A stretch of 64,000 nucleotides of DNA from Octopus sinensis (taxonomy: Eukaryota): positions 61,938,001 through 62,002,000 of the forward strand of contig NC_043002.1 in assembly GCF_006345805.1 (NCBI RefSeq), in the 5' to 3' direction. The notes beneath the pieces were generated by a model, which ran no database searches, was not told the DNA's origin, and was given only the letters and a program-made list of their open reading frames with translations. Below are positions 13,136 to 27,159 of this stretch, one piece after another. Both the position numbers and the translations under genes were made by a program. How positions within the stretch are numbered: the stretch's first letter is position 1; every line of letters starts with the position of its first letter.

Positions 13136-13330
13136 TTACATTCGGAGGATTTTTGTCCTCATCTTGTTTGTTTTTAACACAATGTTTCGGCTCTACCTTA
13201 TACATTTCTTCAGGTGTCATGGTGGAAATTTTGAACCTGGGTTCTCCAAGACACCTGATGAAGGCTGGAGGGTAGATCAACCGAAACCTTGTGTTAACAA
13301 CAGACAAGATAAGAACAAATATCCGTCGAA
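13136..13330. mobile_element. Palindromic PLE-terminus mini-element with two decayed hammerhead motifs
   Basis: Arms ~13136-13218 and ~13250-13330 are inverted. Right arm reads GACAC-CTGATGA-...-GAAAC-CTT-GTGTT. Left arm (minus) reads GACAC-CTGAAGA-...-GAAAC-ATT-GTGTT. Confidence 0.8.
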
Positions 13331-13399
13331 AAGACACATAACAAACAGAATAAAATCACTTTACTGCAAATATCACTCGTATATCCTTTTCTACTCTAG

Positions 13400-13790
13400 G
13401 CACAAGGTCCGAATGTTTGCGGGATGCCGTCGATTAGATCCACCCCAGTACGCAACTGGTACTTAATTTATCGTCCCCGAAAGGAAGAAAGGTAAAGTGG
13501 ACCTCGGCGAAATTTGAACTTAGAGCATAAAGACAGATGAAATACCATATCTTTACTACCCACAAAGGGCTAAACACACAGAGAACAAACAAGGACAGAC
13601 AAACGGATTAAGTCGATTATATCGACCCCCAGTGCGTAACTGGTACTTTATTTATCGACCCCGAAAGGATGAAAGGCAAAGTAGACCTTGGCGGAATTTG
13701 AACTCAGAACGTAGCGGCAGACGAAATGCTGCTAAGCATTTCGCCCGGCGCGTTAAAGTTTCTGCCACCTCGCCGCCATACTATCACTCG
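13400..13790 (-). mobile_element. SINE family A dimer
   Basis: Two reverse-complement family A cores. Confidence 0.85.
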
Positions 13791-14899
13791 TATAACACTA
13801 TTTAAAGCTAACGGTCACATACAAAATTACCACATAATTTCGCATAACTCAAACACCCTTGACTTTGCAAATTATTTTTTCTCCATATCAGAGAAAAAGG
13901 AGAATATATCCTAATTAATTACTAGCAAAACGAACGAAAGTAAAGTGAGCAACTACTATCACCAAGAGCAAAATAGTCCGAAAGAAAGTGAAATTGTTAT
14001 TCTACTAAACAGATGGCCTGATCTTTCACACAAAGCCAACACACAAAGCTTATGCATTAGTGACCCTGTTTCTAAAATTGTCCCGCTTTTTAGCAATCGA
14101 GAAGCAGAACAAGTGGAATCTAAATTCAAGCATATTTCAAAATCCTACCACCTCGTTAAGGAGCATCTTAATATTCGCCGATTCTACTAAACGAAAACAG
14201 CCTACCGCTACAGGCCTGTTAACTGTCCAACCGACTAATGCCCAGATACCAAAATCTGTTCACTTCATGGTTACTATGAAAACCACTTCCTCATACCTAT
14301 CACCAGTAACATCACTACCATCATCATTACCATCACCAAAAACACCACTGCCATCACTATCATCATCTTCATCGCAAGCAACATTGCAACCATAGCCATC
14401 GTCACCACCACCAGCACCATCACTATGATTATCGATTGCATCGCCGTCACCGTCACCATCATCATCAGCTACTAGGACAGTCTCAACCACCACAACCCTT
14501 ACCAGTCCTTCCCCGTTACAACCTAGCAACAGGATGACTAACATCTCAGCCCAATTATGTGCACCAAGAATAACCCTTACCACATCATCCCCAGGACCAA
14601 TCACCTCTAAATCTTCCGTAAACAAAAACTTACCACTTATCCCACCCTCACAAACGAAACAGAACCCAAAAATCTGCCGTAATTTCCTCCCTGGGAGGAT
14701 GTGTTTGCGACAAGACTGTCTTTTCACTCACCTCCCAGGAACTTGAAGCATCAACTATAGGACATCTATAATCAGAGAACCATATCACACTCCTCTTACA
14801 CAAAAAAGAAAAATGGGATCCCAATATTTGCCGCTATTTTCTTCATGTTTGCAACAAAGCTGCCCTTTTACCGGGAACTAGACGCTCCATTAGTAAATA

Positions 14900-14980
14900 C
14901 TAGCAGAAAAACTGCCCTCCGGGTTGTTTTCTGCTGGCGAATGTGTTGCGAATGTTGATATTATATGTATACATATAGAT
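14900..14980 (-). mobile_element. Possible Helitron-like 3' end (hairpin next to CTAG/T) inside the CR1
   Basis: CTAG at 14900-14903 beside the hairpin AGCAGAAAA...TTTTCTGCT. Marks the start of an AT-rich interruption (~14900-15830) of the LINE. Confidence 0.3.
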
Positions 14981-17900
14981 ATCATACATAAATTATAGAG
15001 CAAATTGACAATATGCTCATGAATTGAACAAAAACTCTGTTATAGTTTATTCTATAATCAGTAAAATAATCCATGATATATTTTTAAAAAAAAGACGATA
15101 ATGAAAATTGGAAAAGAGATGAGACTGTCCACGGAAAATGTTTATGAATCTTCACTTGAGTGAATTTGAAAATAGATTCTCTCCTGGGAATTAAGGAATC
15201 ACATTTATCAATATGAAGAGCTGATTTTCGATATACTGCTGTTTCATTATATTCCCTTACAGATGTCTTAAGTGTTTCTAGTGTCCCTCTCCTAGCAATT
15301 AAAAAGAAACTTAAATACAATTAAAATAGAGTAATGAATGTCTCACATCACGGTAGCATTTTTTTTTCTTTTTTGCAGATACAACTGTCAGCAAATGACC
15401 CTTTTCATTTATACCGGTTAATATTTTTATATTTTCTTTTCTTGACGCTCTTGAAAATGCCACATACATCTGACAATGTGCGAAGAATTGTGTTCGGAGA
15501 TGATATTATTGATTAAATAATTCGAGATGGTACCCAGCATGACCGCAGTCTAACAAATTAAAAAATTTAATTCTAATAAATAGGGATTATGTTTTTGCAC
15601 TACGCAATACTTTTAAAAATAATTTACCTACGTGTTTTGTTGTGTTTTATTTTTTCGCCTTATTATATTTTTTACGAACGCGAAGAAAAAGTATTTGTTT
15701 ACGTATGGAATTCAAACGGAAGTTGACATTTAAAACAGAAGCGAATCTTGTAACATTAAGCATTATTATTTATGTTTAATATACAAATAAGCTTTATAGT
15801 TTAAACATTTTTTAATATGACGTTTTTTAATAGCGTGGGGGAAAAAATAAACTGGACACAGTCCCGCACTTCTTCAGTCAGTATAATATAGACAGTCGTA
15901 CTGAGAAACGTAATGATACTGTGAATGCTCCGCACAACAATTTCACTCACACCAAACCTGCTCCTTATCCCAACTCCACAAAGTCCAACCACCATAAAGA
16001 CTGTCTCACCTACTACAGCAAAAATGGTTAATTTCCCACACATAAACCGGGGAACAGAAAACCAAACCGAAAAACAAAGGTAATAATATCATTAATTGCG
16101 GCCTCATCCAGCCCTGCAACAACAACTGCAGTTATCCTAGAAACTAAACTTCTTTTTTTAGCCATGCTGAATCTGGCAAAAGAAATCCAGAGAAGTATCC
16201 AGCCTCTATTACCAACCGACTGCGAAAAACACCTTTGCTACTGCCACTGAAAAGCAACAACAATAACAACAACAAACATGATGTGCGGATCTTGAATAAA
16301 CGCAATGAAGCTGTTGCCTTATCAACAATATTCTTCCTTAATGCGCAAGGTATCAACCCAGCAATCAAGGCTCAAAAATGTAAAATACCGTACGTTTAGG
16401 GATGGATCGCAGCACACTCACATCCAATCCTTTTCCTTGTCCTAACTGAGAACCACCTAAACGACCGGCATTGATAGGTTGAACTGAAACTCAGAGATTT
16501 CACTGCCATTCTCGCTGATGGAGCAGGCTGAAGAAAGGCTGGAGTTGCTATTTTTCTCCATGATTCTTTCAGTGCAGGTTTCAAGGACCTTTTTCTCCAG
16601 CGTCTGCTGAGAAACAGTCTCCGTACACAGCAAAGGTAAAGACCCACACAAGAACCCTTACACTATTTTCAAGAGTGCCTCGAGAAGATAAAATCTTTCC
16701 TCCTGTAATGTAAATCAGGAAATGTTATGATGATGGGTGACTTTAACCTAGCCTCAGTTGATTGGTCCGCCAATATTGTGAGACCAAGAATCTTCAACTC
16801 AAGCTTAGGCAAAGTAGCAGTGGAGTTACTTTTCAAATTTATGGATAATTCTTTCCTGTCATAACTCGTCCACGAAGCAACCAGAAACAACCAGTGTCTT
16901 GGATGTAATCTGAAGCAAACAATGTAACATTATCCATAGCATCGCAGTTGAAAGAACCCGCCTGTCCGAACATGACATAGTACTCTGTAACCGCGATCTT
17001 CAGCATCCAAAAATTAGGCATATGTCACAAACTCAATTGCACCCATTTGATAATATGAATTTACACAATTCAAACTGGAGTGCGACTACTCAAGCCTTAT
17101 CGCGAATAGACTGGTCCTTCACTCTTGATTCCTCCAATACCACAACAAACTCAAACACATGGCAACTATTTGGGGACACAGTCACCCACACATGCTCAAA
17201 ACACACATCCTCACGACTCATAACACTAGATACAGGATTCCAAAACAGAGAAAAATGCTCATCAGGAGAATAAAAAGAAGAAACTGAAAAATCAATACAC
17301 TAAAATACCACCATCAACATCACCTCCAAGAACCTTGGAATCAAAGAAGCATCAACTGCAGGATTGTATGAGAATCCTCATAAATGATCTAAGAGCTACA
17401 GAGGAAGCCTGGTTTTTTAAAAATATTTACAATAATTCTGAGGTTTTTACTGCTTTGTAAAAACATAGGACCACGGTTTCCTCTATCGGTCTACTGGTTG
17501 AAGGAAACAGCATCTATCACAGTCATGTAAAAGACATGGCTGAGATTCTGCAAAGTCAATACTGCTCTGTTTTAGTGACCCTGATTCAGTCGAGATCAAG
17601 CAGCTTTGCTTGTTTGAATCCTCAACATGTCCTTTCCGACATAACCTTCGACGGTACTGACATCCTAGCAGGAATGGAAGAAATCAAACATGATTCAGCA
17701 GTGAGTGCTGACGGGTTCCCTGCGAGTGTAGGAATGTAGGTAACAACTTGCGCAGCTCCTCTGGCAAATCTCTGGAGGAAATCCCTGGATGCCGATTTTA
17801 TTCTTCAAAATCTGTCCTAGTCAATTATTCCTACCTTTAAAAAGGGGAATAAATCGCTCTCTGTAAACTACTATCCAATCTCACTCATCGCACATATCGA

Positions 17901-18444
17901 AATATTTGGAGTGTAGAGATAAAGAATAACAACCTTCCTAGAGCAATATCATCTATATTGCAACCAGCATGGCTTTCGTGATGAGAGGTACTGTCTAGCG
18001 CAGTTCCTCTACCACTTTGATGACATCTTAAATGCACTGAGTGAGGGTTCCAGCGCCGATGTCATATGCCTTGATTTCAGCAAGACCTTTGACCGAGTCG
18101 AATATAATATACTCTTAAGGAAAATAACCAAACCTGGAGTCGGTGGAAAACTACTTCAATGGATTCAGTATTTCCTAACAAACAGGATGCGGCATGTTGT
18201 GGTTGATGACATACAATCAAGACCAGCAAAAGAGGGGTACTGTGCTGGGTCCACTTCATTTGATTGTCTATATCAATGACATTGCAGATTCCATTAAATA
18301 AGGCACTATTATGGTGCATTATCCACCTGAAAGATTGACTTTCACTTTGGAAACAATTCCGCAGCCGTAGGATGAATTTGATCAGATAAAATGCTTAAAT
18401 AGTATTGACTATTAATTATGCCATGAAGGGAAACCATTGGGCCG

Positions 18445-18830
18445 TCGGATATATGTATATAGGGAGAGTTCACGAAAAAACAAAAGACGAAGAAAGGTGG
18501 TGTACAAAACAAACAGATGGATTAGTATAACCCTCAGGAATAGAAAAAGACTTTAACGTTTCGAGCCTACGCTCTTCTACAGAAATGGGCACAGAAAAAA
18601 ACAAGGAGAGAAACAAGGAGAGTAAAAAAAAAATGTGTGTAGTGGCTACCGATCTATCATGGCGACTGCCGGACAGAAGAATCACACAAGAGAGCGAAGA
18701 AGTAGGGGAGATAACAAAGTAAAGATGATCCGCAACATGAAGGTGCGTGTGTGTATAGGAGAGCATGTGTGTGCGTGTGAAAGACGGCTGGTGGTCTGGA
18801 CGTGTGCGTGTATGTATGTGCATGTGTGAA
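18445..18830 (-). mobile_element. 3' terminal fragment of a Penelope-like family with hammerhead-like motif
   Basis: Reverse-complement homologue of 55900-56220. Contains CTGTAGAAGAGCGTAGGCTCGAAACGTTAAAG at 18586-18551. Confidence 0.7.
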
Positions 18831-19239
18831 AATGTGGGGATGGGAATTGGTCAGTGCTGATATATATATATGTATGTATGTATATATATTTTGTCTATGA
18901 AATTTCTTTTTAAAACATCTTTTTGCAAACATACTTTCTGGCAAATAGTCACAAGATGTCTCCTGAGAAGTAGTTTCTTAACACGTTGCTGTCAGTATTA
19001 TTGACTAAACAATACAAACGTGCGAGCTTCTATTATAATAAGATCTGACATCTCTCATTTCTTGTTCTGCAACATACATACATTAATATATAAATAAATA
19101 AATAAATGTGTATATATGTTTACCTTTCGGTATGACTACATGTAGCATAGGAATTTGTATGTTCAGATACATAGGTGTATACATATATGTGTATGTGCAT
19201 ACACACATACACACACACATATATATACATACACCCACC

Positions 19240-19316
<77 letters not shown>

Positions 19317-19416
19317 ATATATATATCTATACATATTTACATATCTTCTATCCATTTATCTATATCTCTATTCACCTGCCCCTTTCTTTCCCTGTCTCTT
19401 TCCCTCTCTGTATGCG

Positions 19417-19499
<83 letters not shown>

Positions 19500-19665
19500 A
19501 TGTGTGTGTGAGCTGAGAAATAAATACTTCTGAAATTTAGTATGTTGGATATTCCATGTCAAAAAAAAAAAATATGAGTGAAAATTCATTCATATCAAAT
19601 ACTCGAACGAAATTGAAGTATTAAACAAAGACAAAATGACAACGACATCATCATCATTATTATTA

Positions 19666-19713
<48 letters not shown>

Positions 19714-20049
19714 TATTATTATTATTATTATTATTGTTGTTGTTGTTGTTGTTCTAGTAGTAGTAGTACTACTAGTAGTAGTAGTAGTAGCAGTAGTACA
19801 TCCTGCCGGTGCTGTTTTGTTGCAACGAGTTATATATTTTATCACTTGGACGACGGATGTCAGGACTCTTGAAAAATTTAGAATTCGTATTGGTTGACAA
19901 TGGTAAATAGTTATACATAAATACGTACTAACACACACACAACACACACACATATATATATCTATATATATGTTAATAAAATAGAACATATGCATATATA
20001 TAAACATATATGTACGTACCTACCTCTACATGTACATATACACGCATAT

Positions 20050-20277
20050 ATGTGTACAGGACACCAAAAAGACGTCGAACACATAGAGAGACGAAAAACA
20101 TAGACACAAACCAAGGAACAAGACAAGCAAAAAAAGAGATACAGGACAATAAGCACAACGAAAAATCCCCTTCTTCAGTCGCTAAGGTTTCATCTACTAA
20201 ACGTTTCGAAGGATAAAAGCGAGACGTATACTTCGAAGAAACTTCCTTCCTGCGAAAAGCAAATCAATTAAAATTCT

Positions 20278-20280
<3 letters not shown>
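20050..20280. mobile_element. PLE-terminus-like remnant abutting (TA)n
   Basis: Contains CTTCTTCAGTCG and AAACGTTTCGAAG motifs and ends directly in a long (TA)n tract. Confidence 0.4.
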
Positions 20281-20313
<33 letters not shown>

Positions 20314-20331
20314 TATATATATATATACATA

Positions 20332-20363
<32 letters not shown>

Positions 20364-20366
20364 CTC

Positions 20367-20401
<35 letters not shown>

Positions 20402-20402
20402 C

Positions 20403-20458
<56 letters not shown>

Positions 20459-20778
20459 TACATATATACATATATATACACATATATATATACATTTGTA
20501 AATGCCCATCTATCTATCTATATATATATATATATATATATATGTATACATATACATATATACATATACATATATACATATACACATATAAATATATATA
20601 TATATATATATGGATACATATTTATATATTCATATATATGTACACACGCACATATGCATACACATATGTACTCGCATATGCTTTATTATTGTTTGTTTTT
20701 ATGACCTGTTATGATAACAACACTTTAACATTGAACTGAATATCTAGTCGTTACGGTTTGTAGAGAGCATATACATAC

Positions 20779-20940
20779 ATTATACATTTGCATGAAGAGG
20801 TATGACATTAACTTCAAGCTTTCGGTCCGATAGCCTGTATCACGCTGTCCAACGAAGACTATCAGATCATAATTTGAAGTCACTTTCACTGGTGTTCTTG
20901 AAAGTTTATAATAAATATATAACGACCCTTTCCGATATCT
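20779..20940 (-). CDS. Candidate exon (RYRKGSLYIYYKLSRTPVKVTSNYDLIVFVGQRDTGYRTESLKLMSYLFMQMYN), phase 0 to 0
   Basis: TTTTCCAG acceptor (20943-20941), GTATGT donor (20778-20773), 162 nt open in only one frame. Confidence 0.55.
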
Positions 20941-21399
20941 CTGGAAAATATATATATTTCACAATTTCGACATGAAAAAAGTTTCTGCTGAGTTCCAGCT
21001 CATGTCTCATTTTCCTGCTATAGCGAATTCGATTTTTTTTTCACCCTTCTTTTTTTTTTTTGTATAAGAAATTGCTGAAAAAGAAAAAAACGAGCCGGTT
21101 TTGAAAGCTGAATCAGGTAAAATGTATCTAAACATTTATCCTAAAGTGCTCAGGGTTCTGTTAGCTCACCAACACAATAACGGTAATAGTAATCACAACA
21201 ATTTTGGACAAACGACTAGAAATTTTAAGCGAAACGGTTAGTCGACAATTATATTTTACGTGCACCGGAACGATAAAGTTGACCCTGGCAAGATTTGATC
21301 TGAAAACGTATAGTTGCAAAAAATATTGCAGGGCAATTTTAGCAGACTTCGATTATTATGTCACTGTATTCAAAGGCCGTAAACAGGCAGAATCATTTG

Positions 21400-22380
21400 C
21401 ACGCCAGGTGAAACGTTTAGCGGTATTTCGCCTGTCTTTACGTTCTAAGTTCAAACTCGGCCGAGGTCGACTTTGCGTTTCACCCTTGCGGGGTCGATAA
21501 ATTAAATACCAGTTTCATACTGGTGTCGATCTAATCGAATATCATCCTCCTCCAAATTTCAGGCCATGTACCTCCAGTATTATTATGTCTGTTTTTCCTG
21601 ATATTGTAGCTTGTTCATTTTCAGTGCAAAGCTAGGAATTCCTTTGGGAGTAAGCCATCTTGGTATCTTCAAATTGACTGGATCATTATTTTATCGCCTC
21701 CGATAGAATAAAAGGAGAAATTGAATTCGGTGAGATTTGAATTCAGTAACTAAAGCCGTTATTGTGTTTGGACTGTTTGCCTTATTACTATTGTCCCTGT
21801 TATTAAGGCGTGGAGAAGAGTGGCGAGCTCAAATTCCGCTGAGGTTGACTTTGCCTTTCATCCTTTTGGGGTCTATAAATTAAGTACCAGTAAAACACTG
21901 GGTCAATGTAATCGACTTAATCCCCAACCCCACCCGCATATTTCAGGCCGTGTTCTTATAATAGAAAGAATCGTTAGCGCACCAGATGAAAGGTTTAGCG
22001 GTATTTCTCCTGTCGATACGTTCTGAGTTCAAATTCCACCGAGGTCGACTTTGCTTTTCATCCTTTACGAAAAGTACCAGTAAAACACCGGGGGTCGATG
22101 TAATCAACTAGTCCCCTCCCCCCAAATTTCAGACCTTGAGCTTATAGTAGAAAGGTTATAAGGCGTCGAGTTGGTAAATACGTTAACATGCTAGACAAAA
22201 TGCTTTCACAGCATTTCTTCCAGGTTTACGTTGTGAGTTCGAATTTCAACGATGTCGACTTTGCCTTTCATCCTTTCGGCATCGATAAAGTACAAGTGAA
22301 AAAATGAGGTCGATGCAATCGACTAGTCCCCCCACCAAAAAAAAAAAATTTTTTAAATCAGGTTCCTAGAAAGGATTATT
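21400..22380 (+). mobile_element. Several family A SINE copies in tandem orientation
   Basis: Cores at ~21400-21570, ~21820-21970, ~21975-22130 and ~22150-22350. Confidence 0.8.
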
Positions 22381-22417
22381 GTTGCTGTTGTTGTTGTTGT
22401 TGTTGTTGTTATTATTA

Positions 22418-22454
<37 letters not shown>

Positions 22455-23429
22455 TGTTGTTGTTGTTGCTATTATTACTTGGGGGACCCGTGAATATTTC
22501 ATAGAATTAATGTTAAACCTATTGGGTTATTTTTGAAAGAGTAAAACCTGAAAGAGTAGCCTGTGTTTTGTCTGTATGGAAAGACAGTCGCCCATCTGCT
22601 GCTCATTGAAAAGTAATAGAAATCGGAATACCATGATTACTTAATGCACTTTATTTATACACTTTTTTTATACTTTATGCACAATTTTATAGACTTAATG
22701 CACAACACACATAAAATAAGTATTTAAACATATGTTCCCATTGCCCACTACAAAACAAAATCACGTACATATGATAAACTCTTTAGTTAAATTGCATATA
22801 TCTGCCACGTAAGTAAGCGTGAATATTTCAAGGAATTTCAATTATACGCATGCGTTAAGTGATAGGTGATGTAAAAATGTTAATTCAATTTTTAAAAAAT
22901 TACTTTCCACGATCCGCCTCCACCACCAACATCACCACCTCCACCTCCAACAAGACCACCACCACCACCATTTCTCCCCTCTCTCTCCTTTTCTTCTCCT
23001 TCTTCTTTCTCCTCTCTCTGTCTGGAATTCTTTAACCTCACCATCAGAACATCACTCTTCTGCTATTACATTTGTAATTCTTTTCCTCCGCCTTCAACAA
23101 ACTGTTTTAACCACGTATTAAATATTACGCTTCCTCTACCTCACGTCATGGACTCTCCCTCTTTTTCTTTCTGCCTCTTTCTCTCTCTCTCTCTCTTTCC
23201 TCCTTATCCTATTCTCCTTTTTCTTTCTCCTCTCTTTCCCTTCAACTAATCATGTGAAAACGTTACAATAACTTTCTCTCTACCTCATGTCATTGAAGCT
23301 TCTCTCACCCTCTTTTTCTCTCCTTCTTTTCTCTCGCCTTTCTTCCTCTTTCTCTCTATTCACGCGAATGCTTTATCGACTGGCTAAGTAACACAATGAC
23401 AAGCAGAATTTTGTTTAGATTATCATTAT

Positions 23430-23610
23430 TATAAAGGCACTGAGCGAAATGCTTGGCGTATTTTGTCTGTCTTTAAATTCTGAGTTCAAATTCCGCTGAG
23501 GTCGACATTGACTGTCATCCGTTCGGGGTTAATAAATTAAGTACCAGTTACGTACTGGGGTCAATGAAATCGACTAATCCTCTCCCCCAAATTGGAGGCC
23601 TTGTGCTTAG
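23430..23610 (+). mobile_element. SINE family A
   Basis: Family core TTCTGAGTTCAAATTCCGCTGAGGTCGAC. Confidence 0.8.
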
Positions 23611-23817
23611 TAGACAGTATCATCATCGTCGTCATCATCATCATCATCATCATTACTATTATTAGTAGTAGTAGTGGTAGAAATGATGATGGTGCTGTTA
23701 GTAGTAGTAGTAGTTGTAGTGGTGGTAATGGTGGTAGTGGTGGTGGTGATGGTGGTGGTGGTAGTAGTAGTATCATTATTATTATTATTATTATTATTAT
23801 TAGTAGTAGTAGTAGTT

Positions 23818-23875
<58 letters not shown>

Positions 23876-24940
23876 CAGCAACAGCAGTAGCAGCAGCAGC
23901 TTCAAACCGGTTTTGAAATATTAGTGGTAAAATAACATAATATAGCGAAATATGGTAAATGAATTATCCAAATTATAATGCGTTAAAAATATCATTGGCA
24001 AACCTTTGTGTATGCATTCATCTTAATTCTGGATAAATATGATTGTTCGATGGTTATGAAAAGGGCATTATCCAACCAGCAAATCTGTATTCTCTGCAAT
24101 GATGATTTCATGCATTCAATAATTTTATATCCATCCATTCGAAACCAGAATATATAGGCTTAAATGTTCTTTAAAGGCATTTTATTGATGCAGAATTCTT
24201 CGATTTTTATAACAAGAATGAAATATATGTTGTGGATTTTCTCCTTATTTACTGCACCTGTTTAAAGAAAAAAATGCTTCTTGCATAACCGCAGAAATTT
24301 GAAAGAAAAGTCACAGTAGAATAGGTACACAATATTACTTAAATGGAATGTATTATGACGCCCCACCGCAAGGAAGAAAGACATTTAAACGCAATGAAAT
24401 ATCAATATGCAAACAATCTTCACTGGAAAAACACACGGTGTGTTATTAACCGCTGCAGTCATTCTGTGGTGTAGCGCATTCACGCTTAAAGATATAATAT
24501 GTGCAATGAAGGTAAACGTTCAACGATTAAAAATGAAATACACAGGGAAACATTTCGAAATAGATTTTCCTTCGTGTTGTTAAGTGTGAGAATCAATTAT
24601 TTAAAAATTCTAGATTTGCAACTAATAGATTTTGCAAGAAATAGTGAGAAATAGAAGCGAACAGAATAGAGATAAAGTTGAAGGAGGTGAAGATGGCGGA
24701 TGATTGCTGATTAGAAACACAGACAAATAAATATTAAGACTAACGTCATATTAACAGTGAAAAGGTTAAAACGCGGTAAGTTGTTATATATCTCAGTAGA
24801 CGAGAAAGGGAATACAACATATACACTAGTGTAATAATCGACACATTGTAAAACTGTTTGGGAAGATCGTACAAATGTTAAAAAAATGCACACACATGCT
24901 TCACAACTGTTTATATCTTCGGTTATAAGGATCTATATGT

Positions 24941-25440
24941 GGAGGCGCAATGGCCTAGTGATTATGGCAGCGAACTCGCAGTCGTTGGATCGCGATTTCG
25001 ATACCCAGACCGGGTGTTGTGAGCGTTTATTGAGCGAAAATACCTAAAGCTCCACGAGACTCCTGCAGGTGATGGTGGCGAACTCTGCTGTACTCTTTCC
25101 CCACAACTTTCTCTCACTCTTTCTTCTTGTCTCTTCTGTAGCCCTGACACACCCTGTGTCACGCCGAATCTACCCGTGAACTACGTTAATAGTACATATG
25201 TATAAAATGCGGTGAGCTGGCAGAATCATTAGCACATCGGGCGAAATGCTTAGCGGTATTTCGGCTGCCGTTACGTTGTGAGTTCAAATTCCGCCGAGAT
25301 CGACTTTGTCTTTCATCTTTTCGGGGTCGATAAATTAAGTACCATCTACGCACTGGGGTCCATATAATCGACTTAATCATTTTGTCTGTCCTTGCTTGTC
25401 CCCTCTGTTTGTAACCCCTTGTGGGCAGTAAAGAAATAGG
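24941..25440 (+). mobile_element. SINE family B (24941-~25190) followed by family A (~25210-25440)
   Basis: GGAGGCGCAATGGCCTAGTG head and family A core. Confidence 0.85.
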
Positions 25441-26799
25441 TACATGTGTATGTGGACTGCTTAGCTACTTGCACGTTAATTTTACGAGTAGGCTGTTCCG
25501 TTGATCGGATCAACTGGAACTCACGTCGTCGTAACCGACGGAGTGCCACGTTTAAAGATCTGTATGTTCGAGGTGGAGGTTGCGACAGGGAGAATACAAG
25601 TGTTGTACACTTTGAACCTGAATAGCTGGGAGATATTCCGCATGCTTCAGTTCGTATTAGTTATCATTTCAAATAATTTAGATGCTATTAGGCCCAGTGT
25701 TTTCATATCCTCGGATTTATTTCCCACACTGGTGCCATTGGTGAATATGGTCTCTGGCAAATGTTCTACTATGGAAAAATACGAACTGAACCCAGCACCA
25801 TGGGGTTGGGAAGCAAGCTGCTTACCACGCCAGAGCCTATGTATACATATGCATGTATATTACAATATACTCATCTGTGTGTGTGTGTGTGTGTGTATGT
25901 GTGTGGTGGTTTGTGTGCCTGTATTGTGAATATAGTAACATCAGATACCCACAGGCCTGATAGCTGCCAAATAACTGTTCATGCGTGACGCGACCAATCT
26001 ACAAAATGATTGCGATAAATTTCGTTTTGGAGTAATTGAATGGTGCAACTTCTTGCGATGTTTATCAACAGATTTGACTTATGAAATTGCTATTAAGGTA
26101 GACACTTTAGTGCAGTACTAATATTCCGTTTTGACTGTTAACTAAATTTGCTCTTCTGACAGCTTGGTACTATGATTCTGTATGTATGTGACGATTGTAT
26201 ACATTATATAATGTCACTCAACTATGAGGTAGGTACAAATCTGTATGTCTCTCTTTTCTCTCTCTCCCTCTCTCCCTCTATCTCAGGCGCGTGCGCTTAC
26301 ACAGACGCACATGCGCACATACATAACCACACACACACACACACTCACACATACACACGCACACAAAATATCAAAGACATATATATCTTTGTTTTGCGCG
26401 CATTTATCTTTCAAATTTAACTTTATTCATCGGACTGTGCCCATGCCGAAGGACTACCTTCCACTACAGTACTAAGTTCTCCAAGTAAACCCCGATGTGT
26501 AGATACAAACAAGAGTAGGGCGAGTAGGCACTGATTAAATTTGGTGATTGGCTGAAAATTAATTATTGATGCATACATTTTTTGCGGGCGCCGCCAATTG
26601 CGAAGCTCCCAGTTTTATCATTAAAGGCCACGAAAGTGAGTATTAACAATTAGTTGATAACTGGTCAAGAAATAAGGACCTCCTGTGTTTGTCTCCGTAT
26701 GGTTTTACCCTCAGTATACATTATACCGTATGTTAATTTACCATACATTTTTCATTTACTAAGTAATCGAAAACGCATCATACACCGAGCCGAGGATAT

Positions 26800-27110
26800 A
26801 TATATATATCAAATGGGACAAGAACGCAAAACATTCAGAAAACTAGGTGATACAAAAAGGGACAACAAAACATCCATATAGACAATACAAAAAAACAAGG
26901 ATGAGTCATTCGAAGCTTTCTATCCTCAGTCAAGAACCGGATCATCTTCGCAATTTCAGCTGATTAATCTTGAGATTGCTCCAATCTGGCCAGCCCTAAG
27001 GAAAATCTAAGCGGAGAGCATTAGATTCCTTGGAAGAAAGCATCGAATGTATAGCAAAACAAGGACGTAAAAACAGACGATGTTACACGAATATAAATAC
27101 AAAATACAAT
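26800..27110. mobile_element. PLE-terminus-like remnant with weak inverted arms
   Basis: Starts in a (TA)n tract. CATTCGAAGCTTTCTATCCTCAG and CTTGGAAGAAAGCATCGAATG are loosely inverted. Confidence 0.4.
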
Positions 27111-27125
27111 AAAATTAATAATAAC

Positions 27126-27159
<34 letters not shown>

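Larger units (their letters stand above)
12270..18300 (+). mobile_element. Decayed, near full-length CR1-like LINE (ORF1 region with CCCH fingers, APE endonuclease, RT), interrupted by younger insertions
   Basis: APE motifs FFLNAQGI (~16330), LVLTENHL (~16435), MMGDFNLASVDWS (~16730). RT motifs NYYPISL (~17865), LDFSKTFDRV (~18070), GTVLGPLHLIVYINDI (~18235). Many stops and frameshifts. The 5' boundary is uncertain. Confidence 0.8.

Noticed and set aside
20165-20215. CTGAAGA and GAAACGTT motifs on the minus strand
   Set aside because: They are in the wrong order and spacing for a hammerhead. Kept only as a PLE-like remnant.
21069-21116. Plus-strand exon-like segment (IAEKEKNEPVLKAES) after a poly-T tract
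   Set aside because: Single short candidate with an AAG acceptor and no supporting neighbours.
24941-25020. tRNA-like sequence (also at 50339 and 2811)
   Set aside because: Continues into a SINE body and lacks a proper acceptor stem. It is a SINE head, not a tRNA gene.
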